DNA from: Stegostoma tigrinum | Taxonomy: Eukaryota | Direction: 5' to 3' | DNA: 64,000 nucleotides | NCBI RefSeq assembly: GCF_030684315.1 | Contig: NC_081356.1 | Span: forward strand, 90,566,835-90,630,834 | Part shown: piece after piece, positions 37,370 to 49,639 of the stretch | How positions within the stretch are numbered: position 1 is the stretch's first letter | Layout: each line of letters begins with the position of its first letter | The notes under the pieces: generated by a model | Database searches by the model: none | What the model was told of the DNA's origin: nothing | What the model saw: only the letters and a program-made list of their open reading frames with translations | Made by a program: the position numbers and the translations under genes

Positions 37370-37488
37370 TAGAACATAGAACATAGAACATTACAGCACA
37401 GTACAGGCCCTTCGGCCCTCGATGTTGTGCCGACCTGTCATACCAATCTGAAGTCCATCTAACCTACACTATTCCATGTACGTCCATG
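37370..37488 (-). mobile_element. Young CR1-type 3' tail
   Basis: (TAGAACA)n tail, nearly identical to 61597-61715. Confidence 0.9.
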
Positions 37489-37559
37489 TACGGGATGTTG
37501 CTATGCGTCTTCTATCGGCATTGGCAATTTGACATTGGGGATTATTGCGAGTTTTCCAT

Positions 37560-38800
37560 ATACAGGCTCCACAAACACAATCTGTCACTTGATGTTGAAC
37601 TCAACGCAAACATTGCAAATGCTGCAGCTGTTACATTCAAGCTAAGTAAGAAACTATGAAACATCAGCAACCTGGCTGAGGCTGTCAAACTGTGAATCTA
37701 CAAAGCCTGTGGCCTCAGCACTATAGACAGATGTCCCCCTCAGTGGAGGTGGCGAGAGAGGTAGCAGGATAGGGAAAAAATAGTTTCCCTGGAGAGAAAC
37801 TCAGCCGCTCTTTACATCTTTACCTTTAAGTGCTGGGTGAAAATCTCCATAGAAAACTTCCTTGACTTTTCTGGACATAAGGCCCTTTCTTGGCCACTCA
37901 AAAACCCTAACTGACTACCTTCCTGATCACTTGCCTCTCCTGAAGGTAATAGGGTAGCTCTTTTCCTGATTAGGAAACCACAGCAACCTGTCTTTCAAGT
38001 TACAGGGAGGACCTTACAATTGCCCCAGTCAAAAGTCAATTGGAGGCACAGATGATGGGCAAACAGGTGGCCTCTGAAAGCTACATCTTTACCCCTGCCT
38101 CTGATCCACCAAGTCCCCTTTTCCAATGACCTTTAACCTTTGAGAAGAAGAAAAACATCCTACCATTTTGTAGCTGGGTTAGGAATCAACTGGCTTTAGG
38201 ACCTAGAAACTACTAATTGCCCAATGGCCAGCAGCTCCTGGTGACCTGGGCATCGGTGTTTATATCTGTGCTAGGGTGAGTTGCATGCTATTGCTCAGGT
38301 GACAGCTCTTAATGAATGATCAAATGTGTGTACTCACTGGTGGAGGCAGTGTGTCGCGCCACCTAACTCAATCACTCCCATGCTTCAAAACAATATGAGA
38401 AAATCACATCCATTCTTCCACAGTGGTGAAAGCTGAACAACATGTGCTAGGCTGGAAAAAGGCTGAAAAGTTTCTAATTGCACAGCCTCAGATCCTTTAG
38501 CTTCACTTATCAGGATAAGGTAATCAATTCCGTCAGCATATGTTTACTATTATTCCAATGATGACTGCAAAGTATGGCCATTTCATCAGATAGTTAATGG
38601 CCGTATTTCCCAAGACCTTCCATAGAGTGAATTTGCTTAAGGGTCATGATTATCTGGCTGTCCATGGCTTTGCCAGCAAGTACTTGAAAGTGAAATACAC
38701 AGATGGCAGACGCTGTCACTGGCAACTGCGATATATTCACTGATCACCATTGGAGGATGAAGCTGGAGACTTACTGTCTGGAGGGATCTTTAAAAGGATT
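37560..38800 (+). mobile_element. RTE-clade LINE remnants (about 37560-37722 and 38410-38800) split by another insertion
   Basis: LSLDVELNANIANAAA..KLSKKL*N..NL....KL*IYKAC.LST resembles the RTE RT C-terminal region. Confidence 0.6.
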
Positions 38801-39004
38801 AGCAGAAGAAAGTTCAGCTGATCAAGAAGAGGGTCCAGAGAACAAAACCATTTAATTGTAAACATTTTCAAACCATTGCCTTCCTCCACAGCAAAGATGG
38901 CAGAGGCTGCTTGACTCCGCCCTTTTGAATTGAGTTTATGAATTTCAGTTATTTACGTAAATTAGAAACAGTCATGGTCTCAATATTCAATCTCACAATG
39001 AATT

Positions 39005-39730
39005 AAGGGCTATGGGGAGTGTGCGGGTAAGTGGAGTTGAAATGCCCATCATCCATGATTAAATGGTGGAGCGGACTAGATGGGCCAAATGGCCTTACTT
39101 CCACCCCTATGTCTTATGGCCTTATGGTCTTATTAAACCCCAAGGCACTCCACTCAGACATGACTCAAAAAACAAATAGTAATCATCTTCTGGGGTAACA
39201 AGGTGTAGAGCTGGATGAACACAACAGCCAAGCAGCATCAGAGGAACAGGAAAGCTGACATTTCAGACCTAGACCCTGCTGTGTTCATCCAGCTCTACAC
39301 CTTGTTACCTCAGTAAGCATCTTCTGCCTTATTCATTAAGAATGACGAAAGATATCATCGAAACCTACAAAATTCTAACAGGACTAAACAGGGTGAATGC
39401 AAGAAGGATGTTCCTGATGAATGGGACGTCCAGAACCAGAAGTTACAGTTTCAGGATACGGGGTAGTTTATAAGGATTGATGTGAGGAAAAATTTCTTCA
39501 TCCAGAGTGTGGTGAGCCTGTGGAATTCTTTGTCACAAAAAGCAACGGAGGCCCAAATATTGAACGTTTTCAAGGAGAGGTCTGATATAATTATTCAGAT
39601 AAAAGGAATCAAAAGGTATGTGGAGCAATTGGGAACACAGTACTGAGTTGGATCATACTAAATCAGAGAACAGCCTTGAAGAGCCAAATGGCCAACTTCT
39701 GCTCCTATTTTCCATGTTATATTTCTATGA
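39005..39730 (+). mobile_element. Two CR1-type 3' ends (about 39005-39132 and 39340-39730)
   Basis: Tails (GTCTTATG)n and CCATGTTATATTTCTATG, with IETYKILTGL coding remnant. Confidence 0.8.
39193..39311. mobile_element. Short PLE fold-back element
   Basis: Inverted GGTAACAAGGTGTAGAGCTGGATGAACACA arms. TSD AGTAA(T/G)CATCTTCTG at 39178-39192 and 39312-39326. Confidence 0.87.
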
Positions 39731-39949
39731 TTGCCGTGCCAGAGCTGAGCTCCTTGAGCCCAACAGTTGACAACTACACCATAAACCATTATTACGAGAT
39801 GGAAGACCAATTAGAATAGGAGGGAACTTCGATGGATTATAAACACTAGCATAGGTCAATTAGGTGCAGTGGCTTGTTTATGTGTTGTAAACACTTAAGC
39901 AATTAAAGGGAGAAAAAGAACACCTGCTCAAAAGCATTTTCATTGCGAA

Positions 39950-41370
39950 TAACTGGAACAGTGAAATGTTTTATCAGCGAGAGTCAGAGAAAAGGTGAAA
40001 ACCATAAAGATGTAAATGAAGCTGAAACTGAGGATAAGCATGAAATAGTAAATATTCCAAAAGAATACTTCCTTTAAATGCATGAGCAATATGCCTTTTC
40101 CAAAAAGAAACACATAAATTTGACTTTGTTTTAAATTAAATAGAAATACTAGAGGTAACCAAGCATAAAATTAGTAAATTTATGGGAATAGATATATTTA
40201 TCTTAAGGTGTTGAAAGATACTGCTGAAGAGATTTGTGAAGTATTGACTGTCCCTATAAAGGATATTTGGGAAACAGCTGGGTTCTTGGGGACAAAACTG
40301 CACCAGCCATTTCCAGTTCCATTGGTCTTATAGCACTTCATAGAAAATGATGAAACCAATTAACTGTAGTATTGTTTAGCACAATCTTATTGTATAATCT
40401 ATTAATCATCAAATGGTAGCATAGAGATTGTGTTTCAATTTTAATGCTCCAGAAACATGTCTGCAAATCCAATCTTGGCAGGATTTGATGTTTCAATTTA
40501 ATCAATAATTCAGTTGGAATTACAAAAACAAAATGTTTTCCTCAGTAATAGTGACCAGAAAATGATTTGCTCAAATAATGTACGAAGTTTTCTAATGTCC
40601 TTCAGGGAAATTTGCTATCAGTATATAGTCTTCCCTAGTTTGACTCCAGACCCACAGCAATGTGATTGTCTCTTAACTGCCATCCGAGCTTGTCCAACAA
40701 AACATACAGTTGCATTCAAGAATTTAGCTCAACATCCACTTCTCAACGACAGTTAGGGATGGGAATTATATTTTGACCTTGCCACATGGTAAGAATTAAT
40801 TAAAATAAAAACATTTTTAAGGTAGAAGATGCTGCCTATTTGTTAAATGAGCCATGTCTGAGCAAGGTGCCTTGGGGTTAAATTTTGTGACCACCACTGT
40901 TTCTAATTTACATAAATGAGCAAAAGTCACAAACCCACTTCACAGGGATCACTTTCATAGATGAAAGCAGATTAGGCAGGGTTCATAAATTAAAGAGGTT
41001 TCTTCAAAAATGAGTTGAACACTTTTCCAGGGCACTAAAGATGAATGTAAAGTTCTGCAAAGGAAAAAAAAATGCACGCACTACATGCCGATTACTGCAA
41101 ATATCTATGCATGAAGTTGATGGAAACCCAGAAATCCTAATGGACTCTACATCAAAGGTGTTCAACTCACAGATAGCATTGATCAAAAATATCAAAAGGA
41201 TGTTGAACATATCCAAAGCAAGAGAATACCACTTCCAGGAAGTAATTGACAAACCATAAAGGCTCTAGTCAGACATCTTCTTGAATAAGAATCTAGAAGT
41301 ATTGCAGAGAATAAACACAAGAGTAATCTCCAGTCTCAGGAACAATAGTTATCAGAAAAAAAACCCAGCA
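39950..41370 (+). mobile_element. Very old CR1-like remnants
   Basis: Scattered decayed RT-like segments, such as TTTCTAATTTACATAAATGA (FLIYIND) and LEVLQRINTRVISSL. Confidence 0.4.
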
Positions 41371-41419
41371 GAAAGCCTGGCTTTTCATTTTGGACTTCGA
41401 ATATTAGCAATGTGTTTTC

Positions 41420-41710
41420 TTTCACTCACAAAATGTGGGTGTCACGGGCTAGGCCAGTATTTATTGCCCAGAAGTCTTTTAAGAGTCAACCACATTGCTG
41501 TGGATCTGGAGTCTCATGTAGGCCAGATCAGGTAACAGCTTTCTTCCCTGAAGGACAGTAGTGAACTGAATGGGTCTTTTGAAAAAAGTCAGCAATGGTT
41601 TCATGATCATCACAAGACTCTTAATTCCAGGTTTTTATTGAACACGGGATCGCAAATCATTACCTGGATTAAAGTCTTGTGATAATACAACAAGGCACCA
41701 CCTTACCTTA
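41420..41710 (-). mobile_element. Shark SINE fragment
   Basis: Reverse complement of the SINE family seen at 49360-49590 and 58255-58370, with a shared LINE-type 3' end. Confidence 0.6.
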
Positions 41711-43129
41711 TGTGATGTAAAAGAGGTATCAATCTGATTATTAAATCTGTATGGGTTCTCATCTTCAATGATGTTTTAAGAAAATATATCTGTTACTTAC
41801 ATGATGCTTAGAACGCTGCCCGCCTAATATTTTGCCACCAATCTTTATAAATATTAATATTAAATTTACATTTGTTCGATTAAGTGCAGTTACTTTATTT
41901 ACATATATCTGAAAAATGTTTACAAGCAAGCATTGGACAAAAGACTTATATGACCATGGAAAATTCTAAAAGAATTGTCCTACTGTGCACTTGTGAAAAG
42001 AAATTCTGACATTTCCTGACAGTTTAACATTTTTTTGAATTTTATACATTCTGGCCACACTGTGAAAGATGTATCATAAACAGATGGGACGGAACGCATA
42101 TTCAGCTACAGTGATGAGGTCAGTCTTGTTAAGAAACTTTTGGAAAAAATAATTTCTACAATGTTTTCACTTAAAGCATGTTACATGTATGCCCTTAAAT
42201 ATGAGGGAATGTATTAATAACTAAGCTTTGTTTACATTGAAGGATAAATTTTTGGTTAAAGTCAAAATCCGTAATTTACTTTTTTTGCTTTAGATGCAAT
42301 ACAAGTCAGACAAAATATTTTTATATTTGATTTTCTAAAGGTACTTATTTTCTAAACATTCTGCCTATGAAACCACTTCAGTGACTCAATAAAATACTAG
42401 CATCATTCACTTGACTCCTATGATCAACAGCATGCAAGACTGAGGTATAGCCTTACTATCTACTGAACAATGGTAATAAAAGAAAAACAAAATAAAACAT
42501 TGCAAGTTCGATGATAAAATACAGTAGTGTTTTTATCAGAATGGCTAGAGAAAATCCAGGAGCATCTTTCCATGGGTAACCAAATTTCTGATCTTGGAAC
42601 GTCTAATTTGAAGCAAGCAAGTTTGATGAGATGGCAAGCAATTTTGGAAATTGCTCCAGCTCCTCTTGGCCTGCAAGCAGTGCCTGAAAGAGAGATTAAC
42701 TATGAGAAACTCTGCCTCATTATTATACCATAACTAACACACCTTTTCACAACCTTCCACCACTGGTTTATTTCTTACTTCCCTTTTCACCTTTGATGGT
42801 TTGGCAGGCGTTTCTGGTTGGCTTGAAATTTTTAAAATGTTAGAACCTCACCTAAACCCATCTATTTGTTGGGTGTTAAAATTACTCACCTTAATTCTGT
42901 TTTTCTTTCCACAAATATTATGTATTGAATTTTTATGTTTTAGTTTTGTTTCATTCTTTTCCAGGTGTCACTATTGTTCATTTGAAGATTGCCAAACAAT
43001 GTCATGATTTTACTATGCGACATGCTCCAAATCTACCTTACCCAGAATTATGGGTGAACGTTATGCTGTTGGCATTATTCCAAGCTACATGCTAGCTGTT
43101 CAGCCTGAACTAACCTGGATGTCTCAACT

Positions 43130-43800
43130 TACAAACTATCTCAAAGTGTTTCACAAGACCATGTAATAATCAGTTTCAAGCATAAATCAGGACAAAAGGA
43201 AGGTGGCAAAGGGAAGCTGAACTCAAATTTTTAAATTATTGAAGTGATTTGTGAAGATGAAACAAAATGAATTAATTTGGGATTCAGGAGAGTTTTTTCA
43301 AAGCATAAGGCTATGGTAGCTGACTTTTTTTTCACTAATGGGGTTACAAATGAAGAGTGGGTAGTTATGTTCAAACTCAAGAGAGCAGAGGATAAACATT
43401 GGTGAAGGTTATCATTAGATAATTGAACGAAGCCATAAAAACATTTGTAAAATCTTTTGAAAATGATACATGAGAAGAGAGAGGTTGCTTTGCTTATAAC
43501 CGGGATGATAACTCAATGATGGTTAAATAGCTCAATGGTGGTTAACTTGGGATAAGACATGTGTAGTAGACTTCTGGGATATTTGACATCTGTGTTGGTG
43601 GTGTGAGAGGTCATCAACATGCATATTGGGAAATGTGAATCTATAGGTAAGGAAGCAAAAATGTTTCAGTAATGGCGAAGGTGGTAAGCACAGAAGTAGC
43701 TGATATTGCTGCAATGAAATGTAGTCATGGTGATAGGGTTTGAAGTTCAGATCAAGGGCAAACAAAAACCAAGGTTATGCACACTTATGCTTCGTGAGTG
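43130..43800 (-). mobile_element. Old L2-clade LINE remnant
   Basis: Minus strand ATGCATGTTGATGACCTC resembles the YADD motif. The organisation is similar to 55620-56270. Confidence 0.4.
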
Positions 43801-45139
43801 TAGTAGCCACAATTGATTTTAATGTTTCCGAGCTATGAAGCTAAGGGAAAATTGAGTGTGAATTCTGTTCCAAATAACTATATCATGCATCTTACAGCAA
43901 AGTGCTCACATGGACGTTGCTCAAATTATGTTTCAGCTTGCTTGCCATGGCCTCAATCTCCTCCCACCACCCCAACAATTGTGTGCTGTTCAGTGCTGGA
44001 TATACAGATGAAGAATTTATGATTGCGCAAAGTATTAAAGTGGAGGCAATATTCAGAATTGGAGATGTTCATATCCTCTTGTTCTGATTGATGAACATTA
44101 TACAATTAGGCATATCATCATTTTTGCATCTGTGTTAATCAAATGCTGGAAATTTCTTTTAGACCAAAGATGATAATTAAAATAATACATGAACTAGTTT
44201 AGATGGTCTGTTAAATATTTGATGAACTGATTGGAAGTGCTTGTGTAAACTCACATTACTTCAATAATTACATAAGTAAACAGTTTCTATTTCTTCATCC
44301 TGCTCAAAGCCAGGGTGAGTGATTTATATGTCCAACAGGAATGACATTATCTTACTATGCTGTGGCTAATCTCAACTTTTTAATGACTGCTGCAATTCAA
44401 GCCATTTAATTACTTAACAGCCTTATGAGCACAAATAATTATACTGTGCAACAATTACCAGATGTGCTATGATTATCCAATATTTAACATTTTTTTCAAT
44501 TAGGAGTTTCTCTAGTTCCGCATTGTTTGGTTCATGGTATGGTACGTGTGAGCAGCAAGAAACTTGTAATGTTAATGTTAGGAATTGGAGAAGAGGTAAA
44601 AGTTTGAGAATATAGCTTTGTTCTTCTCTTGGGCTTAGCAGCTGCTAGAATGTCTTTGCCATGAGTTAATAAAGTGAAAATTTGCATATTCACTAGGAAG
44701 ATAGTAAACAACCTTACGTTCATTCTTGTTTATATTAGAAGCTCTAAAATTAAATTTAGTCTTCCCCTTTAAGCAAGGAACATTTATTTTGGTTCAATTT
44801 AACCAATGGCTAACTTTTGTTAGTAACATTTAAAAAACAATAATTTATCCTGAGTTACTTTCAAAATGTCGGACGATCACATTGTTCCGTTCATTTTGAA
44901 AGACAAAATCTGCTTGACATACCTTTAATCTAGTCAAGATTTGTTAAAACTGTAGCATGTAATTTATATTTGTTATTATTTGCTGACTTAGTTGGATCCC
45001 ACTTTTAGTTGAGAAATGCCATAGAAAATCTGCTGAGGTGATGCGAGAAAGAAATGGTATTCATTTTGGAATCTAATTCTTCAGATGAACCAGATTAACT
45101 CAGTGTTTTTATTTAAATTCATGCATGGGAAGCAGATGC

Positions 45140-48100
45140 CATCCCTTTTTATTCATTAATGAGATTTGGGCATCAGAGGTAGGATCAACACTTACTGCCC
45201 ATGCTTGTTGACTTTGTAAAAATGATGATGAGCCACCTTGTTGACCCACTCCAGTCCATGTGATACACTCAAATCTGTTAAGGAAGGAATTCAAGGATTT
45301 TGACCCAACAATGCTGAAGGAGTAGTGATATATTTCCAATGCCGGATGGTCAATCAGTCATAGAGTTATATAGCATGGAAACAGGTCAACTTGTTTGCAC
45401 TGACTAGATTTCCTAAATTAATCTAATCCCAATTGCCACCATTTGGCCCATAACCCTCTAAAGCTCTCTTATTCAAATACCCATCCAGATGCCTTTTAAG
45501 TGTTGTATTTGTACCTGTCTCCACTACTTCCTCTGGCAGCTCATTCCACCCATGCATCACCCTTTCCCTTTTAAATCTTTTCCCTCTCACCTTAAACCTC
45601 GGCTCTCTAGTTTTGGACTCCTCTAACCTGGGGAAAACACTGTGACTATTCACCCCATCCATGCTTTTCATGATTTTATAAACCTCCACAAGGTCACCCC
45701 TCAGCCTCCAATGTTCCAGGGAGAAAAGCTCCCAGCCTATTGAGACTCTCCCTGTAGGTCAAACCCTCCGTTCTTAGCAACATTCTTGTAAATCTTTTCT
45801 GCACCCTTTCAATTTTGACATCTTTCCTATAGCAGGAAGACAAGAATTGAAGGCAGTATCCCAAAAATGTCCTCACCAATGTCCTGTACAACCACAAAAT
45901 GATGTCCCAACTCTTATATTCAATGCACTGACAAATGAAGGCAAGCATGCCAAAATCCTTCTTTACCTTTACCCTGTCTACCTCCGACTCCACTTTCAAA
46001 GATCACATGCACCACAATATCTCTTTGTTTGGCAATGCTCCCCCAGGGCCTTACCATTTACTCAATAAGTCCTGCTCTGGTTTGCCTTACCAAAATGCAA
46101 CACCTCACATTTATCTAAATGAAACTTGCAGATGATTGTGTTTCTACGTATCTGCTGTCCTTGTCCTTCTGGATGGTTGTGATTCGTGGGTTTGTATGGC
46201 ACTGACTAAGTAGCCTTGGTGCAACTTGCACCTGGTACACACTGAAGCTACTGAGCATCATTAAGGACTGAATATTTGTCAATGTGATGCCATCCATGTG
46301 GGCTGCTTTGGCTTGGATGGTGTAAAGCTCCTTAAGTGTTGTTGGAGGTGCACCCATCCAGGCAAGTGGGGAATATTCTATAACACTTCTGTATTAAGCC
46401 CTGAAGATGGTGGCCAGGTTTTCAGGGATAAAAAGGTGAGTTACACACTGCAAGATGCATGAACTCTGACCTGCTCTTGCATCTACTACCTTTATTTGTA
46501 TATGATTAGTTCATTTCAGTTTCTGTCAACAATGATGAAAGTTAGGAATTCAAAGATGGCATTGCATTGAATGGCAACAGGTGATGGTTAGGTTCTCTCT
46601 TCTTCAAGATGGTCATTGCCTGGCACTTGTGTAGTGTAAACATTACTTGGGCTTGTCTGCCCAAATGTTTACATTGCCCTGGTTCGCTGCATTTGAGCAT
46701 GGACTGTTTCAGTAACTGATGGGTCACAAATAGTGCTGTACATGTGCAATTATAAGCAAACCTTAAAAGGGTGGTAGATAAGAAGCTAAAAGGAGGGCAG
46801 GTCATAATGGTTGGGCCTAAGCATGTCTATAAGAAACTTCTGTAGAGATCACCTGGAACTGATGTAACTGACCTCCAATAACCATGACCACTTTCCTTTG
46901 CCATCTACAATCCGACCCCACCACCCAAGACATTTATCCATCCCCACCCTTGTCTGCCTTCCGGAGAGACCACTCTCTCCGGAACTCCCTTGTCCACCCC
47001 ACACTCCCCTCCAACCCCACCACACCCGGCACTTTCCCCTGCAACCGCAGGAAGTGCTACACTTGCCCCCACACCTCCTCCCTCACCCCCATCCCAGGCT
47101 TTGCAGAACACTTCCGCTCGGTTTGCATTAAACAACTGCACCTCCCAGTCACGAACCATTTTAACTCCCCCTCCCATTCCTTAGTCCACATATCCATCCT
47201 GGGCCTCCTGCAGTGCCAAATGATGCCACCCGAAGGTGGCAGGAACAGCAACTCATACTCTGCTTGGGAACCCTGCAGCCCAATGGTATCAATGTGGACT
47301 TCACAAGCTTCAAAATCTCCCCTTCCCCCACTGCATCCCAAAACTAGCCCAGCTCGTCCCCGCTTCCCTAACCTGTTCTTCCTCTCACCCATCCCCTCCT
47401 CCCACCTCAAGCCGCACCTCCATTTCCCACCTACTAACCTCATCCCACCTCGTTGACCTGTCCGTCCTCCCCACACTGACCTATCCCCACCTACACTCTC
47501 CTCTCCACCTATCTTCTCCTCTATCCATCTTCGGTCTGCCTCCCCCTCTCTCCCTATTTATTTCAGAACCCTCTCCCCATTCCCCTCTCTGATGAAAGAT
47601 CTAGTCCCAAAACATCAGCTTTTGTGCTCTTAAGATGCTGCTTGGCCTGCTGTGTTCATCCAGCTCCACACATTGTTATCTCAGATTCTCCAGCACCTGC
47701 AGTTCCCATTATCTCTGACCACTCCCCTTTGCATTAGATATGACTTCAACTAGCAAAGAGTTTTCCCTGATTCATATTGACTCTAGTTTAGCTAGGGCTT
47801 CTTGGTATCACTTAGTCAAATATCAAGGCAGTCATTCTCTGCTCCTCTCTTGATTTCAACTCATGCTTTTCCATGATTGAGCAAAGGATGTAATAATGCC
47901 AGTAACTGCGTGGCTCTGTTGGAATCCAAACCGTGTATCAGTGAGCAGGCTATTGCTCAGCAAATGCAGCTTGACAGCACTGTTGATGATACTTTCCATC
48001 ATTTTGCTGATGATTGAGAGCACACTGATGGAGCAATTTTAGGTAAATAGGATTTCTCCTATTTTTCATGTACAGGACATACATGTGTCACTTTTCACAT

Positions 48101-48730
48101 TGTTGGCTGGGACAGAATTTAGATCCCAACTCCTAATTGCTCTGGAGAATGCAGTGGTGAGCAGCTTTCTTGAACAGTGGTAGTACTTAGGTATAGAGTC
48201 TCAAACAATGTTGTTAGGAAGGGAATTCCATGACATTGACCCAGCAACAGCAAAGTAACCACCATACAATTCCAAATCAGGCATCTCAGAGGGGAATATG
48301 CAGACTGTGCTATTTCCATGTATTTGTTGCCCTTGTCCTTTTTTGGTGACAGAGAACTTGGGTTAGGAAGTTGTTGTTGGAAGACCAATGCCAAATTTCT
48401 GCAGTTCCTCTTGTAGATGGTACACATTGCTGTGTTTGTGTCAGTAGTGAAGAGAATCAATGTTGATGTTTGTGGATGAAGTGACAATCAAGCACACTAC
48501 TTTGTCCTATGTGGTGGCAAGCTCCTTGAGTGTTGTTGGAGTTGCACCTATCCGGCAAATGGGAAATATTCTACTAAACTCCTGACTTGTGCCTTGTAGG
48601 TTGTGGACACACTTTGGGAGCATGGGAAATGAGTTACATTCTGCAAAATTCGTAGGCTCTGATCTGTTCTCGGAACCACAGTATTTAGTACAGTTTAGTC
48701 CAGTGCAGTTTCTGGTCAATGGTAGCCTTC
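45140..48730 (-). mobile_element. Mosaic of minus-strand LINEs (CR1 at about 45357-46115 nested in older LINE copies)
   Basis: LYRTLVRTFLGYCLQF...IERVQKRFTRML, EVYKIMK...WNELPE, and GAPPTTLKELYTIQAKAA repeated at about 46350 and 48540. Confidence 0.8.
46900..47719 (+). mobile_element. 5'-truncated, internally deleted PLE family A with full tail
   Basis: HLQSDPTTQDIYPSPPLSAFRRDHSL...CNRRKCYTC, with the GIY-YIG core deleted. Imperfect TSD TGACCACT(TT/CC)CCTTTGC at 46885-46901 and 47716-47732. Confidence 0.9.
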
Positions 48731-49359
48731 ACATTGCTTGAAAAGTCTGTGTTACTTCGAGGCTGTGGTGTCATGTGAGTGGTTATTAGACAGCTTGTCA
48801 AACCTTTGTGCTTTTGAAAATGTTTTTGGATGAGAATCTGAAGAGAAAAAATTTTCTGGCCTCCTTTTCTTGGAAGAAGGAATTGTTCACTGATAGTAAC
48901 AGAGAGAGTCATTGGGATCCCTAAGCCTTTTATCATCCTCACTAACTCCATCATTTCCAGATGGACCGCAACGGTTCAATAACTTAGCCCACCAGCAAGC
49001 AGGTCACCCTGGTTTCCTTATCAGGAAAACAGCCACTTATCTCGCTTGCAGAAAGGCAGTTATTAGTGGTGGTGGTGGTTTGAAGCCCTTCAGAGGCCAT
49101 TGCTTGATCAACTAAAGGCCTTAGTTGGTGGCTTGTTGAAAAGATTGCCCATGAATCTTCCCATGTAGGACTTAATTGGTGAGCTCATGGGAAGTGTTCA
49201 AGTCTTTATCCCAAGCTAACCCACCCAATTATTTACCCTTTATGCCATTTTCCTCACCAATTCCATGGAGCTGAAAATTGTACCCAAAGTTTTTGAGCTG
49301 GAAGCTGAGTGAAGACCTATCAGGAGTGACAGATCAGGAAGCGGAAACTTCCTGATATG

Positions 49360-49590
49360 GGGAGGCAATGACGTAGTGGTATTATTGCTGGACTATCAAT
49401 CCAGAGAGCCAGGTAATGTCCTAAGAACCTGACTTCAAATCCTGCCTTGACAGATCGTGATATTTGAAATCGATTAGAATCTGGAAATAAGGTTTCTAGC
49501 CATTACCATGAATCCATTTTCAATTGTCAGAAATAAAAAAAAACTATCTGGTTCACTAATATCCTTTAGGGACGGAAGCTGTTATCTTGA
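49360..49590 (+). mobile_element. tRNA-derived SINE 5' part
   Basis: A-box-like TGACGTAGTGG, B-box-like GACTTCAAATCC, then the core CTGGTTCACTAATATCCTTTAGGGA. Confidence 0.65.
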
Positions 49591-49639
49591 AGTGTGCTGA
49601 GTGGACAGGGGCAGGAAAATGTAGCTATCAGTTATTAAA

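Noticed and set aside
42084-42118. Plus-strand 35-nt exon (DGTERIFSYSDE)
   Set aside because: The acceptor lacks a pyrimidine tract and no supporting plus-strand gene is evident.
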